Shown piece by piece: positions 1 to 9,300 of a stretch of 64,000 bases of DNA. Origin of the DNA: Alphaproteobacteria bacterium. GTDB lineage: Bacteria > Pseudomonadota > Alphaproteobacteria > MPNO01 > UBA830. The notes under the pieces were generated by a model, which did not search any database, had not been told where the DNA came from, and saw only the letters and a list, made by a program, of their open reading frames with translations. Location: positions 2,689,812 to 2,753,811 of the forward strand of contig OZ251539.1 in assembly GCA_965243135.1 (NCBI GenBank), in the 5' to 3' direction. Both the position numbers and the translations under genes were made by a program. Numbering within the stretch: the first letter of the stretch is position 1; the number at the start of each line of letters is the position of its first letter.

Positions 1-581
1 ACGCGGAACGCCTCGCCCGGCACGCCGATCTGACCCGCGACGTGCGAGTCGGCGCGCTTGCCGGCACGACCGGGGAATACCGCCTGCTCGAGCTGACGGG
101 CCTGGTCGATGCCGACGGCGTTCTGATCGCCGGCGCGCGCGTCGATACGCCGAACGGCGCGGTGGTCGCCGACGGCGGCGGGGAGTATTTCGTCAGGGCG
201 GCGGGAGCGTCGCCGAGCCTGGCCGACCGGCGGCGCATCGATCCGCCGTCCGATTCCATGCCTCAAGTGATCTATCTCGGTTCGGAAGCCGGCGAAGCCG
301 AACTCCTCGCGGCCCTGCGCGCCGGCCGGATAGATGCGGTGGCGAGGGGAGAAATCGGAAATCGCGAAGCCGCGTCCGGCGGCGACCTCGCCGTCACGGC
401 TCTCGATTCCAAGGCCGAGCGCGGCGGCTTTGCGCTCGCCGTGAAGGACGCGGCGCTGGTCGCCTGCCTCGACCGCTTCGTCGGCTGGCTGACCGACGGA
501 GGACGCATCGGCTTCGCCGAGTGGCACGAGAACCGGTCGGTCTTCATGTCGCGCGCCGAAAAGTGGAACCGGAGCCGCTGA
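1..581 (+). CDS. periplasmic solute-binding protein (family-3 SBP-like), C-terminal part; 5' end outside window
   Basis: Frame is open from base 3 to the stop at 579-581 (track ORF 42..581). The C-terminal pattern GRIDAVARGE...GGFALAVKD...LDRFVGWL resembles amino-acid-type SBPs. Assignment is from motif memory only. Confidence 0.45.
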   Translation, partial: AERLARHADLTRDVRVGALAGTTGEYRLLELTGLVDADGVLIAGARVDTPNGAVVADGGGEYFVRAAGASPSLADRRRIDPPSDSMPQVIYLGSEAGEAELLAALRAGRIDAVARGEIGNREAASGGDLAVTALDSKAERGGFALAVKDAALVACLDRFVGWLTDGGRIGFAEWHENRSVFMSRAEKWNRSR

Positions 582-612
582 CGGGCCGCCGGAAACGCCG
601 ACCGGCGCGCGC

Positions 613-1833
613 TTATTTTCCGGACATGTTCGCGATTTCCCGGCGGAACCTGTGGCGGAGCGCAAGGCTCCAGGCGAAGGCGGCGAGAATGGCCGCCGCC
701 GCGATCGCCACCGGCCATCGAAACCCGACGAAATCCGAGACGGCTCCCATGATGAACGCGCCGACGGCGGGCGTGCCCAGCCACAGGATGCCGTAGAGGC
801 TGACGACGCGTCCCCGAATCGAGTCCGGGACTTCTGCCTGAACGAGCGATTGCACGATGATTCCGCAGGCGTTGAGCAGGAAGCCCCAGACCACGAAAAC
901 GGCGGCGGCCGCCGCGATGTCGGGCGCGGCGGCGAAAGCGGTCTGCGTGACGAAGAGCAGGAAGAGCGAAGCGATCAGTATGTCGCCGAGACCGCGCAGG
1001 CGGCCGCGGCGCGACAGCCAGATTCCGGACAGCAACGACCCGAACCCGGCGCCGGCCGTCAGCAGCGCGAGGCCGTCGGCGTCCATTCCGAAGACCGCGC
1101 CGGCGAAGCCGGGCAACAGTTCGGCGACGGCGCGGCCGAAGAACGATACGCCGAAAAGGAGCACGAGCAGGGGGCCGATCAGTCGATGTCCGGCGACATG
1201 CCGGACTCCTTCGAGGATTTCCGACGGAACGTCCATGAGGGACTTCTTCCCGGAAATCTGCTGGCGGGCGACGATCAGGTACAGTCCTGCGAGCATCGGA
1301 ACGTAGCTCAGCGCATTGACGACGAACGTCACGCCGACTCCGAAGTAAAGAATGATCGCGGCGGAGATCGCCGGGCCGATCATGCGGGAGCTGTTCCAGA
1401 TGGTCGAATTGATTCCGATGGCGGCGGCGATCTCCCGCCTGTCGACGATGGTGCCGATCAGCGCCTGCCGGAACGGCTGATGAATTCCCTGCAGGGAACC
1501 CTGAATCAACGCGAAGCAGAACAGCCGTTCGATCGTCATCCAGCCGGCAAGGGTGAACAGGGCGAGTCCGGTCGCCTGAAGCATGTGGGCGTACTGGACG
1601 AAGCGCACCGCCTTCAGCCTGTCGACCCGGTCCGCGAACGCCCCCGCGATCGGCGCGACGACGACCGTCGGCGCGAGATCGGCGAAAGCCACCAGGCCCA
1701 GCCAGGTTCCCGAGCCGGTCAGCTCCCAAGCGAACCAGCCGACCGCCATGCGCTGAACCCACGTGCCGATCAGCGACGGAATCGCGCAAATGGTGTAAAT
1801 GCGGTAATTGCGGTTGGCCATCGCGACGGCCAT
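613..1833 (-). CDS. MFS transporter (EntS/MFS_3-like)
   Basis: C-terminal 406 aa of track ORF 613..2913, starting MAVAMANRNYRIYT at the ATG at 1833. It is multi-TM and hydrophobic throughout. The upstream part of the ORF is Arg/Gly-rich junk overlapping the GS-like gene. Confidence 0.8.
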   Translation of the reverse strand: MAVAMANRNYRIYTICAIPSLIGTWVQRMAVGWFAWELTGSGTWLGLVAFADLAPTVVVAPIAGAFADRVDRLKAVRFVQYAHMLQATGLALFTLAGWMTIERLFCFALIQGSLQGIHQPFRQALIGTIVDRREIAAAIGINSTIWNSSRMIGPAISAAIILYFGVGVTFVVNALSYVPMLAGLYLIVARQQISGKKSLMDVPSEILEGVRHVAGHRLIGPLLVLLFGVSFFGRAVAELLPGFAGAVFGMDADGLALLTAGAGFGSLLSGIWLSRRGRLRGLGDILIASLFLLFVTQTAFAAAPDIAAAAAVFVVWGFLLNACGIIVQSLVQAEVPDSIRGRVVSLYGILWLGTPAVGAFIMGAVSDFVGFRWPVAIAAAAILAAFAWSLALRHRFRREIANMSGK

Positions 1834-1895
1834 GCCGCCGAGCCAGGACGGCTTCCCCCGCGCTGCGACGCCCGGCGCGGACCTTCCGCGGCCGG

Positions 1896-3362
1896 CTAGA
1901 AGATTCCGAAGTATTCCCGGTGCTCCCAGTCCGTGACCGTCGACAGGAAACGCGCGATCTCGGCTTGCTTGATGGTGACGATGTAGTCGACAAAGCGGTC
2001 GCCCATCGTTTCCCGAAACAGGCCGCTGTCGCGCAACGCATCGACCGCTTCCATCAAACTGCCCGGCAACGGCTCTCCTTCGGCGTCGTAAGGCGTGTCG
2101 GTGGCGGCGGACGGTTCGAGATCGTTCGCGATGCCGTCCAGGCCCGACAGCAATTGCGACGCGAAATACAGATAGGGATTCGCGGCAGGTTCGCCGACCC
2201 GGTTTTCGATCCGCGATCCCCGGTCGTCGGGAGCGGCGAGGACCCGGATCATGGCGCCGCGATTGTCTTTCGACCAGACCGCGCGGTCCGGCGCCAGCGA
2301 GTGGGGCCGGAACCTTTTGTAGCCGTTGATCGTCGGCGTCGTGAAAACCGAGGCCGCGCGGGCGTGCCGCAGCAGCCCCGCGACGAACCGCCGGCCGGTT
2401 CGCGAAAGCGCCTCGCCGTTTTCCGGCATGAAAGCGTTGGTCCCGGTTTCGCGTTCGAGCAACGACTGGTGAAGATGCCAGCCGCTGGAAAACAAGTTGG
2501 GAAGCCCCGGCCTGCACATGAAGGTCGCGTGCAGCCGGTTGCGCCGCGCGATCTGCTTGACGGCGCTCCGGAACAGCACCATCAGGTCGGCCGACTCCAG
2601 GCCCGCGGCCGGACGAAACGTCGCTTCGACCTGGCACGGCCCGAATTCCACCTCCATCGACCGCAACGGCATGCCCAGTTCGATCAGGTTGCCGCGCAGA
2701 ATTTCCAGCGCGGGGTCGAGTTCGTCCGCCCGCTGCTCGGTGAGGTACTGAAATCCGTGGGCAAGCAGGCCGACATCGGGCGGCGTTCCCGGCTGGGTAG
2801 CGTGTTCGGGCGAAAGCTTCGGATCTTCGAGCATGAACAAATGGAATTCCACCTCGAGTCCCGCGACGTAGTCGTAGCCCGCCTCCGCCGCCCGCCGGAC
2901 GGCGTCGCGGCACAGCGCGCGGGTGGAAAACGGCACGGGCGTCCCGTCGGGGAAGTAGATGTCACACAGCATCCAGCCCGTGGACTGCGCCCATGGCAAC
3001 GTCCTGAACGTCGAAGGGTCGGGAACCATCACGAAGTCGCCGCCGCCGGTCATTTCTTCCATGTCGAATCCGCCCCCGGCGGCGAACACGGGGTAGACCG
3101 TCCTGTGCGACGTGTCCTTGGCGAGCAAGGTGGTCGTCATGGTGCAGCCGTTGCGCATGGCGCCCGCCGCTTCTCCGGCCATCAGCGTCTTGCCGCGGAG
3201 TATTCCATGCTGGTCGGCGAAGGAGAGGCGGACGACGTCGAGTTCGTTGCGCTCGATTCGTTTCAGGACGTCGGCGCCCGCCAGATGGTCGTCGTCGCTC
3301 CAGAGTCCGTGACGTTCGACGAGCCCGTCCCTTCCGCCTTCGATCACAGCGGCGCGGCCCAT
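1896..3362 (-). CDS. glutamine synthetase family protein (GlnA-like gamma-glutamyl ligase)
   Basis: Last 488 aa of track ORF 1896..4430, from MGRAAVIEGG. GS catalytic-domain motifs are present (EVEFGPCQVE, NGYKRF, RIENRVGEPAANPYL). The start overlaps the end of the upstream Rieske gene by 19 nt. Confidence 0.85.
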   Translation of the reverse strand: MGRAAVIEGGRDGLVERHGLWSDDDHLAGADVLKRIERNELDVVRLSFADQHGILRGKTLMAGEAAGAMRNGCTMTTTLLAKDTSHRTVYPVFAAGGGFDMEEMTGGGDFVMVPDPSTFRTLPWAQSTGWMLCDIYFPDGTPVPFSTRALCRDAVRRAAEAGYDYVAGLEVEFHLFMLEDPKLSPEHATQPGTPPDVGLLAHGFQYLTEQRADELDPALEILRGNLIELGMPLRSMEVEFGPCQVEATFRPAAGLESADLMVLFRSAVKQIARRNRLHATFMCRPGLPNLFSSGWHLHQSLLERETGTNAFMPENGEALSRTGRRFVAGLLRHARAASVFTTPTINGYKRFRPHSLAPDRAVWSKDNRGAMIRVLAAPDDRGSRIENRVGEPAANPYLYFASQLLSGLDGIANDLEPSAATDTPYDAEGEPLPGSLMEAVDALRDSGLFRETMGDRFVDYIVTIKQAEIARFLSTVTDWEHREYFGIF

Positions 3363-4612
3363 GCCGACCGTTCGCGCCGGAGCGCTTCGGCGGCCTTCCA
3401 TGCCCGCTCCCAGCCGTTCGCCGGCGCTATCGTATCGATCGCCGCCGGGCCCTTTTCGCCGTTCGGCGGCGGCGGCCCGTCGCCGAGCGCCCGGATCAGC
3501 CTGCGGCGGTAGGCGGCGATGCCCTTGTCCGAAGCGCCGAGATGTTCCTTCGTGCGGTCGTAAATCGGTCCGGGAGCCTCGACCGCCCACTGGTCGTGAA
3601 CGTTGATGTCGAAGCCCATGCCCGTAAAGGTGCGCTCCCGCTGTTCTTCGGGATCGAATCCGTATTCGTTGGACCGGTTCTTGCGGGACCGGTAATCGGG
3701 AAGCGTGTAAAGTTCCAGCCGTTGGGCGCGCATGAGGTCGCGTTTCACTTCGGTCTCGAACGCCGTGAAGATCGCGTACCACCAGCAATGCGTATCGTCG
3801 ACGGGAACATGCCATTGGGTGATGTTCATGTCGTTCGACATGGGAATGACGATGGCGTTGGGGAACAATTGGTTCGTGACGCGCACGTGCAACCGCCCGT
3901 CGCCGATTCTGCGGAGCGCGGTCAATCGGAGGCCGTAGCCGGTATCGTCCACGCGGATTTCGGGGCAGGGATGCTCCCGCAGGAGCCGGGTGACCGGAAC
4001 GTCTTCCGTTTCGTCGCCGAACTGCCGACCGTAGTCCTCTTCCCGATCCTCGAAGAAACGGTGGAGAAACGAGGCATGCGCGGGATCGATTCCCACTTCC
4101 AGGGCCTGCAACCAGTTGCACTCCATGAAGCCCTTGAAGGCGAAGGCGAACGCTTCGGGCGCGGCGAAGCAGTCGAACTCCGGGAGTTCGGGCGGGTCGC
4201 CGTTCCCGAGCCAGGCGAACACGATTCCGTTGCGCTCGACGCAGGGGTAGGCGACATGTCGGATTTTTTCCCGGAATCGGCTGCCCGGCGGTTCGGCCGG
4301 CTGCTCCAAGCACCGGCCTGCGGAATCGAACAGCCAGCCGTGGAACGTGCAGCGCAATCCTCCGTCCTCGAGTCGGCCGTAGCGGAGGTCTGCGCCCCGG
4401 TGCGGGCATCGCCGGCCGACCAGGGCGCATTCGCCGGCTTCGTCGCGGAAGAGGACCAGATCCTCGCCCATAAGCCGCACCGGCTTCACCGGGCGGTCGC
4501 CATCCAGTTCCTCGGTCAACGCCGCCGGTTGCCAGTAGCCGCGCATGAGCGAACCGCAGGCCGTTCCCGGCCCCGTTCGGGTCACCAGTTCGTTGTCTGC
4601 CTTGCTAAGCAT
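3344..4612 (-). CDS. Rieske (2Fe-2S) aromatic-ring-hydroxylating oxygenase, alpha-subunit type
   Basis: Full 422-aa ORF with the Rieske motif CPHRGADL...CTFHGW near the N-terminus and a mononuclear-iron type C-terminal domain. Confidence 0.85.
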   Translation of the reverse strand: MLSKADNELVTRTGPGTACGSLMRGYWQPAALTEELDGDRPVKPVRLMGEDLVLFRDEAGECALVGRRCPHRGADLRYGRLEDGGLRCTFHGWLFDSAGRCLEQPAEPPGSRFREKIRHVAYPCVERNGIVFAWLGNGDPPELPEFDCFAAPEAFAFAFKGFMECNWLQALEVGIDPAHASFLHRFFEDREEDYGRQFGDETEDVPVTRLLREHPCPEIRVDDTGYGLRLTALRRIGDGRLHVRVTNQLFPNAIVIPMSNDMNITQWHVPVDDTHCWWYAIFTAFETEVKRDLMRAQRLELYTLPDYRSRKNRSNEYGFDPEEQRERTFTGMGFDINVHDQWAVEAPGPIYDRTKEHLGASDKGIAAYRRRLIRALGDGPPPPNGEKGPAAIDTIAPANGWERAWKAAEALRRERSAWAAPL

Positions 4613-5100
4613 TCGGGGATTCTAACTGCATACCTCGCCGGATCCAATCCGAGGCGTCCGCGCCTCGCGATTTTCGCCGGGCCGCCCGTCTCGCCGCGCC
4701 GCTGGTCCGAACGCGGTCGCGCCGTCTTGGGAAAGCGCCCGCAGGCGACCGCCTGTTCGACCTTTTCCGCCAATCTTGCGAGCCGTTCGCTTGCGAGGAG
4801 CGCGAACAGGCGGCTGCGGGGAGAGTTCAGGCTTTTCCGGGAGGATTCGCGCCACATCGCCGCGTCGTCCGCAGCCATCGGGCCGCGGCTGCGGGATTTC
4901 AAGCGCGAATCCGAGCGGCGCGGCGAAACGGAAACGGTCGCAGAAGTCGAGATACTCCGTCCGGTCCGCGCGAATATCCTCGACAGCGCTCTTGACCTCG
5001 ACGATCATGAACTCGCCCTCCAGCCCCGAGACGTCACCGCGGCGGCCGTTGGGCGCTCGGTCGGCGTTCCCGGTCCGCGGCGCCGAGCGCGACGAGGGAC
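4582..5100 (-). pseudogene. MmcB-family DNA repair protein remnant (N-terminally truncated, one frameshift)
   Basis: Reading upstream of the ATG at 5008 gives NGRRGDVSGLEGEF-MIVEVKSAVEDIRADRTEYLDFCDRFRFAAP, which is the MmcB core pattern. The C-terminal part (GPMAADDAAMWRESSRKSLNSPRSRLFALLASERLARL) is in another frame (track ORF 4582..4902). No in-frame start exists upstream before the yciI-like gene. Confidence 0.45.
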
Positions 5101-5129
5101 GTGGTTTCGGACGCCGGCCCGGCGAGCGG

Positions 5130-5444
5130 TCAATCGCCCTCCGCGGTGGCGGGCGCCGCCGCCGGATTCCATTGTCCGCGCCGCATTCGCGAAATAACGT
5201 ATCGGCTGAACAATCCGGCCTTGCGGAACGGTTCGTCCGCTGCGAACGCGTCGGCGGCGGCGCGAGACGGGACGTTGACGATCAACAGGCTTCCCGTCCG
5301 CGCGTCGCTGTCGTCGGCAAGCGTCGCGCCGCCCAGGACGAGGATATCCTCGTGCCTGGCGAGATAGTCGAAATGAGCTTGCCGGTTTTCTGCGCGAATG
5401 CGGTTGGCGTCGGGCCCGTCGACGCCATGGATCACGTAAAGCAC
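5130..5444 (-). CDS. YciI family protein
   Basis: 104-aa ORF: MLYVIHGVDGPDANRIRAENRQAHFDYL...GSLLIVNVPSRAAADAFAADEPFRKAGLF. Size and pattern are typical of YciI-like proteins. Confidence 0.8.
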   Translation of the reverse strand: MLYVIHGVDGPDANRIRAENRQAHFDYLARHEDILVLGGATLADDSDARTGSLLIVNVPSRAAADAFAADEPFRKAGLFSRYVISRMRRGQWNPAAAPATAEGD

Positions 5445-5462
5445 GCCGCATCTCCGGGCGCT

Positions 5463-6464
5463 TCAGGCGCCGCGCATGAGCTTCAGGATCTCGGTGGCGG
5501 GAATGCCGTTCTCTTGCCATTCGGCCACGACTTCCCGTTCGAGCTTGGCAAGCATCGACAGCGCCTTGCGCACCTCCGCGTCCGGAAGCCTGACGAGATT
5601 GTGGGCGTCTGAGGCGGCCAGAAAGGCCATGCCCTTGGCGTGTTCGGCATCGTAAATTTTTCCTCCGGTCTCGCCCCAGTTGCTGCCGACCGACTTCTCG
5701 ATGATGTCGCGATGCGCCGGCGACAGCTCGTTCCAGCTTTGCTTGTTCATCACGATGAACATGGGCGAGGAGCCGAACGGGATCCCGCTCGCGAAGTGAC
5801 GGGTCACTTCCTTGATCTTGAAAGTGTGCAGAACCGTCGGGGAGACGAGCACGCCGTCCACGGTTCCCCGGGCGAGGGCGTTGTAGAGCTTGGTGATCGG
5901 CATGGGCACCGGCACGGCGCCGAGGGCCTTGATCGACCGCGCAGACATCTGCGAGGGAGTGCGGAGCTTGAGGCCCTTGAGATCGGCGACCGTCTTGATC
6001 GGCTTGTTCCTGGTCATGATGATCGGCGGATCGATAGCCCAAAGCGCCAGCACCTTGACCTGTTCGTATTCCTTGCGGAGCGCGGGGGACTGGGCGTAGG
6101 CCGCGTTGAGGCGGCGGGTGCCGTCCTGCGCGCTGCCCATGACGTTGGAAAGTTCCACCAGGGTCGTGGCCCGGAACAGTTTCGAAGTGTAGCCCTGCAG
6201 GCCGAAAGAGATGTCGGCGACGCGGTCGAGCGCGCGCTTGAACTGCTTGGCCGGGCCCTTGCCCAGCTTGCCGGCCACGAACAGCTTCACCTGAAGACCG
6301 GCGTTCATCGCGTTGATGTCTTTCGCCCACGGCGAAATCATGCGCGCGTTTACAGGGTGCTTCGGTCCGGTAAACGACGCGACTTTGAGTTCCGCGGCAT
6401 CTGCCTGAGGCACTGCGAGCAGGCCGACTGCCGCGGTCAGAACGAGAGAAGTGCGCTTCATCAT
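5463..6464 (-). CDS. TRAP transporter substrate-binding protein (DctP family)
   Basis: Start MMKRTSLVLTAAVGLLAVPQADA (signal peptide) at 6464, preceded by AGGAGG. The body is DctP-like. It lies adjacent to the DctM and DctQ genes. Confidence 0.85.
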   Translation of the reverse strand: MMKRTSLVLTAAVGLLAVPQADAAELKVASFTGPKHPVNARMISPWAKDINAMNAGLQVKLFVAGKLGKGPAKQFKRALDRVADISFGLQGYTSKLFRATTLVELSNVMGSAQDGTRRLNAAYAQSPALRKEYEQVKVLALWAIDPPIIMTRNKPIKTVADLKGLKLRTPSQMSARSIKALGAVPVPMPITKLYNALARGTVDGVLVSPTVLHTFKIKEVTRHFASGIPFGSSPMFIVMNKQSWNELSPAHRDIIEKSVGSNWGETGGKIYDAEHAKGMAFLAASDAHNLVRLPDAEVRKALSMLAKLEREVVAEWQENGIPATEILKLMRGA

Positions 6465-6844
6465 CAGGGTGTCCTCCTGCCGGTGCGTTATGATCGCGAT
6501 TGTGGAACAGGATTGGCGCGTCGTCAATCTTGAGGCGTCTGCACTGCGCCCTTTTTCGGGGCCGCCGCCCGGACGCGGGCATGTTCCGTCGAGAGAGCGC
6601 CGGGCGGTCGAGCAGCGGTGGAACGGCAATGGACCTGCAGCGTCGCTCCGCCCGCCCGTCGGCAGGGTCGCGAGGACGGCCGATCGTCAGAAAAGAAACG
6701 AATGTCCGGCCGCTGCGCGCAGCACAGCGGACTTGGGCCTGACCGCATCCCGAGCGCAGGCGGTCAGGGGGAAAGCGGTCGAACGACCGCAGCGATCCAC
6801 TGCGCAGTTTTACCGGGCCCGCCGGCGCCTGAGGGCGGGAGCGA

Positions 6845-8158
6845 TCAATCGAAAGATTCGATCATCGTGTTGGGCAGGAACAGGGCCAGCTCGGGGACCG
6901 CCAGAAGAAAAAGCAGGCAAAGGGCCATTGCGATCCAGAACGGGACGATCCCGATGAAGATCTCCTTCAGCGGCACGTCTTCCGCGATGCCCTTCACGAC
7001 GAACACGTTGACGCCCACCGGCGGGCTGATCAGCCCCATCTCGATCACGATCACGACCACGACGCCGAACCAGATGGAGTCGTACCCGAGCTCGACGATC
7101 AGCGGATGCACGATGGGCAGCGTCAACACCAGCATCGCGAAACCCTCGAGGAAGGTTCCCAGAATCATGTAGGCGGCCATGATGATCAGCATGATCGCCG
7201 TGCGCGGAAGCTCCGCGTCGATCAGCAGCGCGGCGAGATCGGAAGGAATTTCCGTCAGCGCCATGAACGGGTTGAAGACGTGCGCGCCGATCAGGATGAA
7301 GAAGGCGAGACCGGTCGTGCGGATCGTCTGCAGCAGGACCCTGGACATCGAATCCGCGTTCACCCGTCTGCGCGTCAGAGCCAGAACGAAGGCCAGCATC
7401 GCGCCGACGGCGGCAGCTTCGGTCGGCGTGAAGACGCCGGTATAGATGCCGCCGATGGTAATCAACACGATAAGGATCATCGGTCCCGCCTGGGCGAGCG
7501 AGGACACCCGTTGACCGCCGGTGGACCGTGGGCCGGCCGGACCGAGACCTGGGTTGATCCGGGTCATTATCGCGATCGAAATCATGAACAGCGTCGTCAG
7601 CAGCAGGCCCGGAACGACTCCCGCGAGAAACAGCCGCCCGATCGATTCCTCGACCAGGATGGCGTAGATGATGAAGCCCGTGCTCGGCGGGATGAGGATG
7701 CCGAGGGTGCCGCCGGCGGCGATGGCTCCGGTCGCGAGGCGGCTGGAGTAATTGTAGCGCCGCATCTCCGGCAGCGCGACGCGGCCCATCGTCACGGCCG
7801 AGGCCACGGACGAGCCCGACAAGGCGGCGAAGCCGGCGCAGGCGGCGATGGTCGCAGAAGCCAGCCCGCCGCGCCAGTGGCCCAGACAGGAATAGGCCGC
7901 CGCGTAGAGGTCGCGGCTCATCCCGGATATCGAGGCGAAATTGCCCATGAGGATGAAGAGCGGAATCACGATGAATTCGTAGTTCGACACGATGACCCAC
8001 GCTTCGTCGGCCAGCGTCGACATCGCCGCGTTCCAGCTGTTGAGCGCCCAGATGCCGGCGACGCCCAACAGCGTCATCACGATCGCCACCGGCATGCGCA
8101 GACCGAGCAGCGCGAACAGGGCGAGCAGCCCCAGGATCCCGACCCAAGTGGGACTCAT
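6845..8158 (-). CDS. TRAP transporter large permease (DctM family)
   Basis: 437-aa polytopic membrane ORF between the DctQ-like and DctP-like genes. Confidence 0.9.
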   Translation of the reverse strand: MSPTWVGILGLLALFALLGLRMPVAIVMTLLGVAGIWALNSWNAAMSTLADEAWVIVSNYEFIVIPLFILMGNFASISGMSRDLYAAAYSCLGHWRGGLASATIAACAGFAALSGSSVASAVTMGRVALPEMRRYNYSSRLATGAIAAGGTLGILIPPSTGFIIYAILVEESIGRLFLAGVVPGLLLTTLFMISIAIMTRINPGLGPAGPRSTGGQRVSSLAQAGPMILIVLITIGGIYTGVFTPTEAAAVGAMLAFVLALTRRRVNADSMSRVLLQTIRTTGLAFFILIGAHVFNPFMALTEIPSDLAALLIDAELPRTAIMLIIMAAYMILGTFLEGFAMLVLTLPIVHPLIVELGYDSIWFGVVVVIVIEMGLISPPVGVNVFVVKGIAEDVPLKEIFIGIVPFWIAMALCLLFLLAVPELALFLPNTMIESFD

Positions 8159-8162
8159 GCGT

Positions 8163-8681
8163 TCATGGCGGCGGCGCGTCTGCCTCGCCGCGCCAGGCGC
8201 GCAGCGCCATCACGAAAAACGTCAGGGCGAATACGGCGCTGCCGGCAATCATGACGGCGATGAACGGGGAGTGCGGGATTTCGATCAATTCCGTCGCTTC
8301 GCCGATTTCCATCGCGTCGCCTAACAGGACGATGCAGCGCCAAGTCAAGAGCGCCACCAGCAGCGAAGAAAGGATCCGCATCGTCACGTCCGTCCAGCGG
8401 GTGAGATTGGGGCGTCCGAGTCCGGAAATCACGTCGACGGCGATATGCCCGCCGGTCCAGCCGCAGTAAGCGAAACCGAGGAACGCCACCGGCACGAGGC
8501 TGACCGAGGCGAGGTCCGTTCCGCCCAGCGGGGGCGCGTTGAAAACGCGGCGCATCAGGACCGAATAGCAGACGAGCGCCATCAGCCACATCAAGGCGAC
8601 GCCTGCGACGATCGCCATCGCCTTGACCGAGCGGTCGAGCGCCTTTTCGGCCCCGGTAAATTCTACGGTATCCCGCTCCAT
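8163..8681 (-). CDS. TRAP transporter small permease (DctQ family)
   Basis: 172-aa ORF with 4 predicted TM segments, ending 4 nt upstream of the DctM gene. Confidence 0.8.
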   Translation of the reverse strand: MERDTVEFTGAEKALDRSVKAMAIVAGVALMWLMALVCYSVLMRRVFNAPPLGGTDLASVSLVPVAFLGFAYCGWTGGHIAVDVISGLGRPNLTRWTDVTMRILSSLLVALLTWRCIVLLGDAMEIGEATELIEIPHSPFIAVMIAGSAVFALTFFVMALRAWRGEADAPPP

Positions 8682-8750
8682 CCCGCTCCCCGCTTCGCCC
8701 GGCGACGGACTTGCCGTCCGGCCGGCAGGGTTCGCGCGCCGTTCGAGAGG

Positions 8751-8827
8751 TGGCGCACCCGACAGGATTCGAACCTGTGACCTCTGGCTTCGGAGGCCAG
8801 CGCTCTATCCGGCTGAGCTACGGGTGC
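8751..8827 (-). tRNA. tRNA-Arg (anticodon CCG)
   Basis: The reverse complement folds as a perfect cloverleaf. Elements are acceptor GCACCCG/CGGGTGC, D arm GCTC/GAGC, anticodon arm CTGGC-CTCCGAA-GCCAG, T arm ACAGG-TTCGAAT-CCTGT, discriminator G and encoded CCA. Confidence 0.93.
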
Positions 8828-9030
8828 GATGCGCCGTTCCGCCGCCATTGATAGCACGGAGCAGGATTCGCGGCAAGCGCTCGCGCGAGGAAGCGACGCC
8901 CAGCACCTGCGGCTCTCCGCCGATTTCCTTCCGTTTCGGCGTTCTTGCGCGGGCATTCCCAGATGGGGAAGGCGGTTCGCGGTCGCAGTTCCGACGGCGT
9001 CCCGCAACGGGACGCCGCCCGGACCGCCCT

Positions 9031-9300
9031 CTACTCCTTGGCGCGTTCGATGATCACCCTGCCCCGTCCGCGCCGAATGTGGTAACCGCCGCGCGGAATT
9101 CGCAACTTGCCTTCTTCGACCATAGGCGTGAGGGCGGCGGTGAGCACCGCGACGCCCGGGTCCTCGGGAGCCTCTTTGCTCTGCTGCCCCATCCATTTCC
9201 CGAACGCGTCGTCGGCGATATCCGGTCCGAGCGATTTCCTCAGAGCGGTGAGTTTACGTAGCTGACCTTTCGTCAGTTGGCTTTCGTCGAAGCTTGTCAT
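9031..9300 (-). CDS. small hypothetical protein (89 aa)
   Basis: ORF MTSFDESQLTKGQLRKLTALRKSLGP... with a GAGG-type RBS (ggaaagaggatcgATG). Amino-acid composition is ordinary. No family recognised. Confidence 0.5.
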   Translation of the reverse strand: MTSFDESQLTKGQLRKLTALRKSLGPDIADDAFGKWMGQQSKEAPEDPGVAVLTAALTPMVEEGKLRIPRGGYHIRRGRGRVIIERAKE

